Of a stretch of DNA of 64,000 bases, positions 1-9,408 are shown piece by piece. The notes beneath the pieces are model-generated. The model saw only the letters and a program-made list of their open reading frames with translations, was not told the origin of the DNA and did not search any database. Position numbers and translations under genes: made by a program. This DNA comes from Alphaproteobacteria bacterium. GTDB taxonomy: Bacteria > Pseudomonadota > Alphaproteobacteria > Caedimonadales > UBA9215. The DNA is taken from assembly GCA_009993885.1 (NCBI GenBank), contig JAACSN010000002.1, positions 69,979 to 133,978 of the forward strand. The letters are read 5' to 3'. Position 1 is the stretch's first letter. Each line of letters begins with the position of its first letter.

Positions 1-2
1 TT

Positions 3-1742
3 TTATATTGCAACCCCGTTTGTGCCAACTTATTGGATTTTGAAAAATTTGAGGGCGCTCCCCTGACAGCCTCTATGCTTAGTCAAGAATTTTTAGCTTC
101 AACACAACCGAAAGCTATCATCTTAAACGGAGAACGACGCCTTTATCACTTCCAAGAAAAAGAGTTTACGGCAGAAATAAAAATGGGTTTTGGAGAAGAC
201 CTGACAAAAGTCTATGCCCAAGAGAAAAAGCTTCAAAACCACTTAGCCTCTTATCGTGAAGTGCTCAATTCCCTTTCGGCAGGCGTCACTATTTATGATG
301 GCGAGCAGAACATGCGCTATTTTAATCAGGCTTATATGAAGATGTTTGATTTTGATGAAAATTGGCTCAACAAAGATCCTTACATCGGAGAAGTTCTTGA
401 TGATTTACGCGCAAGACGTCTTCTAACGGAATATGCCGATTATAATGCGTATAAACAAGAACAAATCAAAGCCCTGAAAAGTTTAATTGATCCTATTGAA
501 ACGCTCAATCACTTACCGGACGGTCGTATCATTCGTATTATTTCATCTCCTCATCCTATGGGTGGTAGTTTTTATATCTTTGAAGACCTCACAGATCGTT
601 TAAATCTTGAAGCAAAATACAACACCCAGCTTGCCGTGTATAACGCAACTCTTGACAATCTTTTTGAAGGTGTCGCAGTATTCGGCATTGATAACCGACT
701 CCAATTTTCGAACAAGGCTTTTGCAAAACTTTGGAATATTGACCCTTTAATGATGCGAAAAGGAGAACGTCTTTCCCTTTTGGCAGACCAAGCAAAGCAC
801 CTTCTTGATCCTAAAAAAGATTGGGAACAGTATAAAAATCGTGTCATGGAAATTGTAACGGATCGCCGACCCAAAAAACGTAAAATTCATCGTCAAGACG
901 GTAGCACCATTGAATTTTCCTATGTTCCTCTTCCCGACGGCTCTAATTTGATGAGTTACTATGACGTCACCGATCATACAAAACTGGAAACAGCTCTTGA
1001 AGAGCGAAAAATCGCCCAGAAAAATGCCGATCGGCTAAAATCTGATTTCATTTCAAAAATGTCCTATGAAATGCGAACGCCTTTAAATGCAATTATCGGC
1101 TACTCGGAACTTTTGTCAAAGGAATATGCAGGCAAATTAAATCACCAACAAAAAGTCTATTGCTCGGATATTTTAACATCTTCAACACGCCTCTTAAGCC
1201 TTGTAAATAACATCCTGGATCTTGCGATGATTGAATCCGGACATATTCAACTTAAAAGAGAAAGTTGTGATTTTTGGGCGTTATTTGATGAAACCCTTCA
1301 AAACTATAATCGTCAATGCGACCCTCTTTCAGGTACTTTAAAAACAACGATCCCCCTTGAAAAAGCCATTATACAAGGGGATAAAAAACATCTAAAACAG
1401 GCTCTTGAGACCCTGTTTATGCAGGTAACCTCGGATATTGAGTGTAATAACGACGTCACCTTCACAATGCAGCAAGATGAAAAATCTGTGATCGTTGAGA
1501 TGACTCTTCCCGTCTATAGCAAAAAGAATCCAAAAAAGGCACAAGATGACCCTAATACGATTTTGATGCGTCACCTTGCACCCGGAAAAACCTTGGGGAT
1601 ATCCCTTGCCCGTCATATTATCGAAGCTCACGGGGCAAGCCTGGAGCATATCACGAGTAACCCGGAAGAGACACAAATCAAACTGAGTTTCCCCCTAAGT
1701 CAGGTCGGCAAAATTCCTCTACGGGCTATTGGGAATGCTTAA
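3..1742 (+). CDS. DivL-like PAS-domain pseudo-histidine kinase; the 5' end is probably outside the window
   Basis: The track ORF 33-1742 starts at TTG, but the frame stays open back to base 3. There are two PAS-like segments (VTIYDGEQNMRYFNQAY, VAVFGIDNRLQFSNKAF). The HisKA H-box reads SYEMRTPLNAIIGYSELL, with Tyr (TAT 1065-1067) where the phospho-His is expected. The C-terminal ATPase region has no clear DxGxG box. Confidence 0.7.
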   Translation, partial: LYCNPVCANLLDFEKFEGAPLTASMLSQEFLASTQPKAIILNGERRLYHFQEKEFTAEIKMGFGEDLTKVYAQEKKLQNHLASYREVLNSLSAGVTIYDGEQNMRYFNQAYMKMFDFDENWLNKDPYIGEVLDDLRARRLLTEYADYNAYKQEQIKALKSLIDPIETLNHLPDGRIIRIISSPHPMGGSFYIFEDLTDRLNLEAKYNTQLAVYNATLDNLFEGVAVFGIDNRLQFSNKAFAKLWNIDPLMMRKGERLSLLADQAKHLLDPKKDWEQYKNRVMEIVTDRRPKKRKIHRQDGSTIEFSYVPLPDGSNLMSYYDVTDHTKLETALEERKIAQKNADRLKSDFISKMSYEMRTPLNAIIGYSELLSKEYAGKLNHQQKVYCSDILTSSTRLLSLVNNILDLAMIESGHIQLKRESCDFWALFDETLQNYNRQCDPLSGTLKTTIPLEKAIIQGDKKHLKQALETLFMQVTSDIECNNDVTFTMQQDEKSVIVEMTLPVYSKKNPKKAQDDPNTILMRHLAPGKTLGISLARHIIEAHGASLEHITSNPEETQIKLSFPLSQVGKIPLRAIGNA

Positions 1743-1841
1743 GGATAGTGACTTGGAAAGATGCTCAATAAAGACCGAGGGCAACAAAGATCCGGTAAAC
1801 CTTAGATAATATTGATTATTTTTAGCGCTTTATCGTCTTTC

Positions 1842-2594
1842 CTACTCTCTACTTTGAAAAGTATCACCCAAATAAACGCGTCTAACATCCTCGTCTGCAA
1901 TAATTTGATCCGGTGTGCCTTCCATCAAAACACGACCTTCGGTTATGATATAAGCACGATCAACAATGCCTAAGGTCTCGCGCACATTATGATCTGTGAT
2001 CAGGACACCGATATCGCGTTCCTTCAAATGAGAAATAAGCTCTCGTATATCTTGAACAGCAATAGGGTCAATACCGGCCAGAGGCTCATCCAATAAAATA
2101 AAATGAGGTTGACCGGCAAGGGCTCGGGCGATTTCAACGCGGCGACGCTCGCCGCCTGAAAGAGTCAAGGCCTGTGATTTTCTCAAATGAGAAATCATAA
2201 ATTCACCTAACAAATTGTCCAGACGATCTTCACGGGCAACAGGATCACTTTCATAGATTTCTAAAACAGAGCGGATATTATCTTCAACATTCATCCCTCG
2301 AAAAATAGAAGCTTCTTGAGGAAGATAACCGATGCCGAGGCGGGCCCTGCGATACATCGGCAAATGGGTAATATCCGTATTATCAAGATAGACCTTGCCG
2401 TGTGTTGGAGAAACAAGACCGGCAATCAGGGAAAAAGTCGTGGTTTTCCCGGCTCCGTTAGGTCCCAAAAGCCCAACGGCTTCACCCCTTTGAATGTGTA
2501 AATTTACATTTTGAACCACGGGGCGTTTACCGTAGGTTTTGGCGGCGCCAATGACCGTCAAACCAACGGTTGTGTCAAATTTTACTTGATCCAT
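1842..2594 (-). CDS. lptB: LPS export ABC transporter ATP-binding protein LptB
   Basis: Walker A GPNGAGKTT, ABC signature LSGGERRRVEIARAL, Walker B ILLDEP. It lies immediately downstream of lptA. Confidence 0.9.
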   Translation of the reverse strand: MDQVKFDTTVGLTVIGAAKTYGKRPVVQNVNLHIQRGEAVGLLGPNGAGKTTTFSLIAGLVSPTHGKVYLDNTDITHLPMYRRARLGIGYLPQEASIFRGMNVEDNIRSVLEIYESDPVAREDRLDNLLGEFMISHLRKSQALTLSGGERRRVEIARALAGQPHFILLDEPLAGIDPIAVQDIRELISHLKERDIGVLITDHNVRETLGIVDRAYIITEGRVLMEGTPDQIIADEDVRRVYLGDTFQSRE

Positions 2595-2595
2595 A

Positions 2596-3462
2596 TTAAG
2601 TCGTCTTTTTCTTTACTTTTGTGCGTTTTAAAATTTTAGGGCTTAAAATCGCTTGAACTTGTTTTCCGGGCTCGCGGGTATCTTGATCCTGAAAGAGCTG
2701 ACTTTGTCCCGATGCCATATCGTAGCGTCCGTAATTTCCACGCAATTGCCCCTCAACCCGTGTAATCACGACATCATCAAAGAGTTCTGCCACTTGAGTG
2801 GTGTTAGCATACACCCCTCTCTTTGCTTTTGCAATTTCCGTTGGCGTTGAAATGAGCACATTTCCGTGGGCTTCTACCCGATCAAAAGAAAACTTTCCCG
2901 TAGCATCCTTTGTGAAATAAACATTAAATACATCGGCTTGCATCAATTTATCCTCCCGCTTAACCGTAGAACGACCAACGGTTTTTGCCATCTGAGCTTT
3001 TTCATAAAAAATCACTTGAGCCCCCCCTGAAATCAGAGTTTGTGCGTCCCTTAGGATAGGATTCCCTTCTAAAATCAGCTTGCCTTTTTCTTCTTGATAA
3101 AGAGCATAATCGCCTTTGGCTTCAACGCCGCCTTGCTTAGTTCCTCCGGTATCAAAAAAATGAACGTTACCGATAGCTTCAATTCTTTCAACATCTTGCC
3201 GTGGATTTTCATCGGATTTTTCCACCTTGGAAGACGATTCGTTTTTAAAGTAAACAACAAGCTTTTCAGATTTTAAAACGCTATTTCCCTTAGTTGAGAC
3301 CACTGGGCCCAAGGCCGTGCAACGCTTTTTATCTTGAGAACAAATCATGCCGTTTTGAGCAGTAATTTCAAGGGGAGCCTTACCCTGAGACTCGAAAGAA
3401 AACGCTTTAAGAGAGCTCGTCAACGCACAACAGCACAAAAAGAAAAAGGTCAAAATTTTCAT
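2596..3462 (-). CDS. lptA: LptA/OstA-family periplasmic LPS transport protein
   Basis: Has an N-terminal signal peptide and a repetitive beta-rich OstA-like sequence. It sits between lptC and lptB, with abutting or overlapping junctions. Confidence 0.65.
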   Translation of the reverse strand: MKILTFFFLCCCALTSSLKAFSFESQGKAPLEITAQNGMICSQDKKRCTALGPVVSTKGNSVLKSEKLVVYFKNESSSKVEKSDENPRQDVERIEAIGNVHFFDTGGTKQGGVEAKGDYALYQEEKGKLILEGNPILRDAQTLISGGAQVIFYEKAQMAKTVGRSTVKREDKLMQADVFNVYFTKDATGKFSFDRVEAHGNVLISTPTEIAKAKRGVYANTTQVAELFDDVVITRVEGQLRGNYGRYDMASGQSQLFQDQDTREPGKQVQAILSPKILKRTKVKKKTT

Positions 3463-4115
3463 CAGTTAATCTCTTTTTTCTCTGTCGGTTTAGAATGAAT
3501 AGTCAGGCGAGTCGGGCCTTTGAAATGGAGTTCTTGAGATTTTTTATCCAGATAAAATCCGTCTTTTGCCGCAATTTTTCCTGCAGGACCGGTGCCTTGA
3601 ATCGGGTCTTTCCCCGTCACACTTTGTGTTTTCAAATCAACTTTGGCTTTTTCCGTCTCAAAGACATATCCGTCATTGGTTTCAAGCTGAACATTCCCTT
3701 CATAGGCAAAGGTTTGTTTTTCTTGATTTAAAAGCCCTGTATCGGATTTCAACTTAATTTGCTGCCCCTTTGATCCCACAATTTCGCAACACGGTTTTTC
3801 AAGAAGGGCTTTAGAGTTTTCTATTTGAGTTGCATTCTGAGCTTCTATTTTATAAGGATTTCCCTTGGAATCCGTCGAGTTCATACGCGGATTCAACACT
3901 TTGTTACGGGTCACGAGATTACGTGCTTTATCGGGAATGCCTTCAATTTTCTTTTCAAAAAAAGTTTCAAAAGACGACCATAATAAGACGGCTAAGACGG
4001 CCAAGAGGGCTGCAACAGGTAAAAAGCGCCTTAAAATTCTCACACGCCCCGTATGTTTTTTGCTCCGCTTTAAAAGAGAAGCCGTTGTTCTTTTTTCTCT
4101 TTTCTCAACTACCAT
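3462..4115 (-). CDS. lptC: LptC-like membrane-anchored LPS export protein
   Basis: Has a single N-terminal TM anchor (FLPVAALLAVLAVLLWSSF) and a beta-rich periplasmic part. Its position between kdsD and lptA matches the conserved kdsD-lptC-lptA-lptB order. Confidence 0.6.
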   Translation of the reverse strand: MVVEKREKRTTASLLKRSKKHTGRVRILRRFLPVAALLAVLAVLLWSSFETFFEKKIEGIPDKARNLVTRNKVLNPRMNSTDSKGNPYKIEAQNATQIENSKALLEKPCCEIVGSKGQQIKLKSDTGLLNQEKQTFAYEGNVQLETNDGYVFETEKAKVDLKTQSVTGKDPIQGTGPAGKIAAKDGFYLDKKSQELHFKGPTRLTIHSKPTEKKEIN

Positions 4116-4118
4116 AGG

Positions 4119-5138
4119 CTATTGAATCCCCGCACGTAAACAATCATGAATATGAAGAATACCAATGGGTCGCCGATCGGTTTCTTGGTCGCTTTTCACA
4201 ACAAAAAAGCTTGTAATACCCGCTTGATTCATACGAGCCAACGCTTCTTCGGCAAGGATATTTTCGTGAATAACACGAGGGTTTTTCGTCATGATATCAA
4301 CAACTTTAGAGGCCATCAAGTCGCGACCCATGTGACGACGCAAATCACCGTCGGTTACCATACCCGATAAAGCTCCGGCTTCACTTAAAACACCGACACA
4401 ACCAAATCCTTGAGAAGTCATTTGCAACAATGCCTCTTCCATGGGGGCATCTTGTCGAATTAAAGGCATTTTTGGAGCCCTGTGCATTAACTTTTCAACA
4501 CGCATTAAGCGTTGCCCGAGCTTGCCTCCGGGATGCAAAGAACTAAAATCGGTAGCCGAAAAACCTCGACGTTTTAAGGCAGCGGTTGCAAGGGCGTCCC
4601 CTAAGGCAATCATCATCGTCGTAGAAGTTGTCGGTGCTAAACCAAGGGGACAAGCCTCTTCTCGTTTCGGCAAAACCAAAGAGACATCTGCCGTTTGATC
4701 CAGCGTTGATCCTCTATTTGACGTGATACCGATAAGCCTGATACCGTGACGTTTGGCGTAAGCTAAAATATCGGAAAGTTCAGAAGTTTCCCCGGAATTT
4801 GAAAGAGCCATAATCGTATCATTTGCCGTGATCATACCGAGATCACCATGACTTGCCTCTGCGGGATGAACAAAAGTGCTGGGTGTACCCGTCGAAGCCA
4901 ACGTAGAAGCAATTTTATTTCCTACATGGCCGCTTTTTCCCATCCCCGTAATAATAACCCGATCTTTTGTTTTAAAAATAAGATCAACGGCTGCGGTGAA
5001 TTCCGCCCCTAAAGATTTTGATAAAGCCTCAAGAGCCTGAGATTCAAGGGAAAGAACACGGCGGGCTTCCTCAATGTCGGTTAAGTGCACACTGAGGTTT
5101 TCATTTGTTTTCGGGAGGGAGCGAGGCATAAAATTCAC
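4119..5138 (-). CDS. kdsD: Arabinose-5-phosphate isomerase (KdsD/KpsF; SIS plus tandem CBS domains)
   Basis: SIS motif ITGMGKSGHVGNKIASTLASTGTPS, a C-terminal CBS pair, and Kdo/LPS gene context. Confidence 0.85.
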   Translation of the reverse strand: MNFMPRSLPKTNENLSVHLTDIEEARRVLSLESQALEALSKSLGAEFTAAVDLIFKTKDRVIITGMGKSGHVGNKIASTLASTGTPSTFVHPAEASHGDLGMITANDTIMALSNSGETSELSDILAYAKRHGIRLIGITSNRGSTLDQTADVSLVLPKREEACPLGLAPTTSTTMMIALGDALATAALKRRGFSATDFSSLHPGGKLGQRLMRVEKLMHRAPKMPLIRQDAPMEEALLQMTSQGFGCVGVLSEAGALSGMVTDGDLRRHMGRDLMASKVVDIMTKNPRVIHENILAEEALARMNQAGITSFFVVKSDQETDRRPIGILHIHDCLRAGIQ

Positions 5139-5197
5139 AACTATAGTTATTAAAAAAGAAAGGCTCTTACTTTAATAGCATGTATGCCTGCTAAAAA

Positions 5198-5824
5198 TCA
5201 ACTATGACTAAAGACTTGAAGGTCTTCATATCCCAACAAATCAAGCCGAGCAACGGTTGGAAGAAAATCAAAGCATTTTTGAGCCATCTCAAGACGTCCT
5301 TCCCGTTTAAGGATGGAATCTAATTTTTCCTTCAAAGCATGCAAATGCAACACATCGCTTGCGGCATAGGCAAGTTGCTCTTTTGTGAGATTGGGATCTC
5401 CCCAATCGGACGATTGAGATTGTTTTGAGAGCTCGATCCCTAAAAGATCGCTGCACAAAGATTTAAGCCCTTGGCGAGGCGTGAAATTACGTACCAGCTT
5501 TGAAGCGATTTTCGTACAATAAACAGGTTGAGTTAGAACCCCCAAATAGTGATACAAAATAGCGATATCAAAGCGCCCGTAATGATAAATCTTTGTGATG
5601 GAATTATCTGCTAAAAGAGCTTTCAAATTGGGGCAGTCGTAAGAAAAATTCTCATTCAATTGAACCACATGAGCCGTACCGTCTCCGGCGGATAACTGCA
5701 CCACACACAAGCGGTCTCGATGGGGATTCAACCCCATTGCTTCCGAATCAATAGCAACGCTCCCCGTAAATTTTACAGTGTCGGGCAAATCACCTTTGTG
5801 GTGATGAATTTCAAGACGTGCCAT
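5198..5824 (-). CDS. Short RNase D-like 3'-5' exonuclease (DEDDy family)
   Basis: Exo motifs IAIDSEAMGL (DxE), HYGRFDIAILY and YAASDVLHLH (Yx3D). The 208-aa short form is common in alphaproteobacteria. Confidence 0.75.
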   Translation of the reverse strand: MARLEIHHHKGDLPDTVKFTGSVAIDSEAMGLNPHRDRLCVVQLSAGDGTAHVVQLNENFSYDCPNLKALLADNSITKIYHYGRFDIAILYHYLGVLTQPVYCTKIASKLVRNFTPRQGLKSLCSDLLGIELSKQSQSSDWGDPNLTKEQLAYAASDVLHLHALKEKLDSILKREGRLEMAQKCFDFLPTVARLDLLGYEDLQVFSHS

Positions 5825-5882
5825 ATCTTAAGAGATCTCCATAATGTCAATTAATCCAGTATACCGGAAAAACCTACAGGTT

Positions 5883-7172
5883 TTAAGCCACCTTTGCAAT
5901 TTCTGCCAGCGCCTTTTTTGCATCGGAATCACTGATATGTTTTTGAGACTGAAGCTTTAGGCGCAAACTATGCCGAATGTTCTCTTTTTGCTCCGGCGTC
6001 GCCTCCAAGCGATGGATCATATTTTTAATATGCAACCCCATATGTCCTTGGATAATACCTTCGGATACAAGGGCTCTGAGAGCCCCTAAGTTTTGCAGCA
6101 AACCGACACCGGCAATCAAACAAGACAACTCGTTAGAACTTGGATTTCCCAGACATTTCAAGACCAACTGCGCCGTCGGATGGCGGCGTGTGACGCCTCC
6201 TACCGTCCCGACGGCAATGGGGCCTTTAAAGGTTCCAACCAAATCAGCACCTTGCATCTGCCATGTTGCCAGCGGTGCGTAAGAGGACGTTGCATCCTTC
6301 GTTGCTCCATAACTGTGCAACCCCGCTTCAACGGCTCGCCAGTCATTTCCCGTGGCAATCACAACAGCATCAATGCCGTTCATAATCCCTTTATTGTGGG
6401 TTGCCGCTCGATAAGGATCACATATCGCGAAATGAGACGCTTCTTCAATTTTATGTCCCAGTTCGGGATCAATATTTTCAAGAACAAGGTTAGCCGTTAT
6501 AAGTTTTTGATCGGTTAGGTTAGAGAGAATGCAAAGGGTCACCTTTTCATCGGTTTTTGCTTCAATATAGGGTTTTAAAAACTCACAAACTTGGGTGACT
6601 TGATTGGCTCCCATAGCCTCACAAGGATTAAGGCGGACGTGCAAAACGCCCATAACGCCCGAATCCTTTTGACGAGACAAGAGACGGAGATTAATGTCCG
6701 TCACCCCTCCTCCTCTTTGAAAAAGAGTAGCCGCAGGCCCCTTATTTGCAAGGTCAATCCATTCTCGAGTGGCGTCCCGAACGTGCCGTTGAAACCTTTC
6801 AGGATCCTTTAAGCTTGCAATTTGGATTTGCCCGATAACGGTTTGATCTTTTTGATCGCCGTTTATATGAGCTGTCAGCCGGCCGGAGCGCTCAACCCAC
6901 GAGGCCGTTTTATTGAGCGCCGCCACAACGGATGTTTCTTCTATTGCCAAAGGCACACAATAGGTTTCGCCGTTCATTGTAAGAGATTTTACAAGCCCTA
7001 GGGGAAGAGCAAAATAACCGAAGGGAGCTTCAATAAAGGCTTCGGCAAGCTCTAGATTTTGAGCCGGTGTTTCCAAAGCTTCTTTAATTTCCAAAAGGGA
7101 TAAACCTGTTTTTTCAACAAGGTAGTGCAAACGGTCTTCCAGGGTATAGCACGAGAATGCCTTAGGAGGCAT
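5883..7172 (-). CDS. mvaA: HMG-CoA reductase, class II
   Basis: Class II motifs AIEETSVVAA, CEAMGANQV and GTVGG. The ~430-aa soluble form has no membrane domain. Its start overlaps the mvaS stop by 11 nt (ATGCCTCCTAA). Confidence 0.85.
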   Translation of the reverse strand: MPPKAFSCYTLEDRLHYLVEKTGLSLLEIKEALETPAQNLELAEAFIEAPFGYFALPLGLVKSLTMNGETYCVPLAIEETSVVAALNKTASWVERSGRLTAHINGDQKDQTVIGQIQIASLKDPERFQRHVRDATREWIDLANKGPAATLFQRGGGVTDINLRLLSRQKDSGVMGVLHVRLNPCEAMGANQVTQVCEFLKPYIEAKTDEKVTLCILSNLTDQKLITANLVLENIDPELGHKIEEASHFAICDPYRAATHNKGIMNGIDAVVIATGNDWRAVEAGLHSYGATKDATSSYAPLATWQMQGADLVGTFKGPIAVGTVGGVTRRHPTAQLVLKCLGNPSSNELSCLIAGVGLLQNLGALRALVSEGIIQGHMGLHIKNMIHRLEATPEQKENIRHSLRLKLQSQKHISDSDAKKALAEIAKVA

Positions 7173-8337
7173 GGCGGAACCCTCGCTTATTTTGCAACAA
7201 TTCAGCAGCCGGAAATCCGCTTTTCACGGCCTGATTGCGCGTCCTGAAAGAGTCATAATCTTGAGCGCTTAACCGAGTCCTTTGAGAAAAATCCTCCTGA
7301 AGATCCTGAGCCCACGCCGCCGCCTGTGCCTCGGGTCCTGCGGTTAAGAGTTGTAATTCCGCACCACAGCCGGAACCGTAGGAAAAGGCACTAATTTGCT
7401 CGCCGATTCGTCGACCGCAAAGGTTTTGGGCAACAGAAAACCAAAGACTTGCCGTCATAGAGTTGCCGATTTTTTGATTCCAAGTCAGATGGGGTGCAAC
7501 CTTTTCAAGGAAAAGCTCTTTTGCCTTGTTCGGATTTCCTGCGGTAATTTCAGCTTTCTCACAAAGAACACCCAAGGCTTTTTGTACCATTTTAGGAAAA
7601 GGCGTATGAAAACTCATCCCCTTAATATTTTCAAGGAAATTCCCAAGGGTTTGGTTTGTGTCCTCACAATAGGCTTGAAAGCAAGCCAAAGCACCTTGGT
7701 TATAACATTCAAGACTTAAGGGGCCGTCCACATGGGGGTAAGGCTCTCCGACAGGGCGCCAAAAATCATCGGCAGGACGACTCCAAGAATGGGAACAAGG
7801 ATCCATTTCAGCGATTAAAGGCTCATCCACAATCATGGCAACGGCTCCGGCACCTTGGGTCGGCTCTCCGGGGCTTCTCGCCTCGTAAAGGGTATCATCC
7901 ACAGCAATCACAAGGGCTGCTTTTCCTTTTGAGGCCGGCGAACAGCGCCACTCATAGGCCTGACGTAAAGCAAGGGTTCCGCCAAGGCACGCATGCTTTA
8001 CTTCATAGGAACGCAGCGCGCCTGACAATCGCAACTCTCGAGCCACCCATTTGGTCAAAGGAGCACTCATATCTAATCCGGATTCGGTTCCGATAGCCAA
8101 AAAACCAATTTGATCGAGCCCCCCCTTTCGGCGCATAAGTGCGCGCCGCGCAGCCCCAAGGGCAAGGTCAACAACCGTGTGTTGGTCAAGGCATAAAGCC
8201 ATTTCACGGCAACCCAGACCGATTTCGTACTTATTCGGATCTGTATTTCGTAAGTGTGCAAAATCCTTTAAATCTAAAAAGAACGATGGAATTTTCAAGC
8301 CAAGAGAGGCAATACCGACGGGTTCGGATAGGCGCAT
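7162..8337 (-). CDS. mvaS: HMG-CoA synthase
   Basis: Thiolase-fold condensing enzyme with the catalytic-Cys context EVKHACLGGTLAL. It is ~390 aa and directly coupled to mvaA. Confidence 0.85.
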   Translation of the reverse strand: MRLSEPVGIASLGLKIPSFFLDLKDFAHLRNTDPNKYEIGLGCREMALCLDQHTVVDLALGAARRALMRRKGGLDQIGFLAIGTESGLDMSAPLTKWVARELRLSGALRSYEVKHACLGGTLALRQAYEWRCSPASKGKAALVIAVDDTLYEARSPGEPTQGAGAVAMIVDEPLIAEMDPCSHSWSRPADDFWRPVGEPYPHVDGPLSLECYNQGALACFQAYCEDTNQTLGNFLENIKGMSFHTPFPKMVQKALGVLCEKAEITAGNPNKAKELFLEKVAPHLTWNQKIGNSMTASLWFSVAQNLCGRRIGEQISAFSYGSGCGAELQLLTAGPEAQAAAWAQDLQEDFSQRTRLSAQDYDSFRTRNQAVKSGFPAAELLQNKRGFRHAS

Positions 8338-8671
8338 GAACGGTCTCGTTAGATTTAATGGGTTTGCATTTTAGAACCCTCTACCTATTGACCTTTAAAA
8401 TGTGTTACAAAACCGACGACCTATTTTTAAGGAGATAACTTAAAAAATAAGGAGATGGCACACTTATAAAGAGAATCGGCAAGTTCTACAAATCATAGGT
8501 TGGCGGAAAAGTATCTGCTTTGCACGTCGCATTGGGAGATGCTTTTTTACCACAGCTGCTTAAGGTACCGCAAAGCGCGCAAAGAGCCACACTTAAAACA
8601 GCCCTAAAAAAATAGGGTTTCATTAACTTCATTTCTTGCCTCTTGTTCATTAGTTCTCTATTATTTTTACC

Positions 8672-9334
8672 ATGATCACGACAAAAATAAAATCCCTCCT
8701 CTGTTTGTTTTTACCGAAACGTCTTCTTTGCGGAAAGATATACCTCCTTCTCTGCACGGTATTTTGCACCCTGCCTTTTTCAGCACAAGCCCTGCCCGAA
8801 CGCTATACTGTAATCTCTCGGGAGACTCTGCCTAATTTCTATTTTTTCGAGGATCAGCCTTGGGTCACTCCTCCCAAAAAACTTTATTTCAATGACTTTC
8901 TGGAGGAAAAAAAAGTTGTTATTCTGCATCTTTGGGCAACGTCATGTCCCTCATGTGTTTCCGAATTAAAACAGCTGGAAAAGGCAGCAACAGACTATAT
9001 GAATCAACCTGTTACTTTTATCGCTCTGTCTTTGAATGATCCGCGATCAGGGGTTTTGCGAAACTATTTTAACCGTATCCCCTATACCCGTCTAAAACCC
9101 TATCACAATGCAAGCAGTACACGTCCGGCTATTAAAGGCCTACCGACAACCCTTTTCTTTAACAAAAACGGTCAGCTCATCGGTCGCATTGAAGGGGCTG
9201 CAAAATGGCAAGATGAAGAAATGAAACGATTACTCCAACGCCTTATGAACGAAGAACTCCCCAAAGCCACCCCCCTTAACCTCAAAGGATTTTTTGACCC
9301 ATGGATCGACTCCCTCAAAAATCTTTTTTCTTAA
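8672..9334 (+). CDS. Membrane-anchored TlpA/ResA-like thiol:disulfide oxidoreductase (thioredoxin fold)
   Basis: Has an N-terminal anchor or signal and the CxxC motif in LWATSCPSCVSEL, followed by a GLPTT-type cis-Pro loop region. Confidence 0.7.
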   Translation: MITTKIKSLLCLFLPKRLLCGKIYLLLCTVFCTLPFSAQALPERYTVISRETLPNFYFFEDQPWVTPPKKLYFNDFLEEKKVVILHLWATSCPSCVSELKQLEKAATDYMNQPVTFIALSLNDPRSGVLRNYFNRIPYTRLKPYHNASSTRPAIKGLPTTLFFNKNGQLIGRIEGAAKWQDEEMKRLLQRLMNEELPKATPLNLKGFFDPWIDSLKNLFS

Positions 9335-9408
9335 GAAAGCTCTGCAGACTTGCGTTTTGCCTTTTTTTCTTTAAAATTGTCGATATCGCACATTCAGGAG
9401 CTTCCCCC

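Noticed and set aside
8486-8633. A small minus-strand ORF that looks like a lipoprotein: MKLMKPYFFRAVLSVAL..., and then LSSCGKK... in another frame.
   Set aside because: The signal-peptide part and the lipobox part are in different frames (the span is 148 nt, not a multiple of 3). The in-frame product is only 25 aa. It may be a decayed gene, but the sequence alone does not support it.
9301-9408. N-terminal extensions proposed by the ORF track for trxB (9301), accB (25119-25232), rpsD (44852-44902), coq7 (46292-46327) and the RNB protein (60019-60075).
   Set aside because: The conserved protein N-termini begin at internal Met codons with better RBSs. The extensions overlap neighbouring genes or promoters and have non-protein-like sequence.
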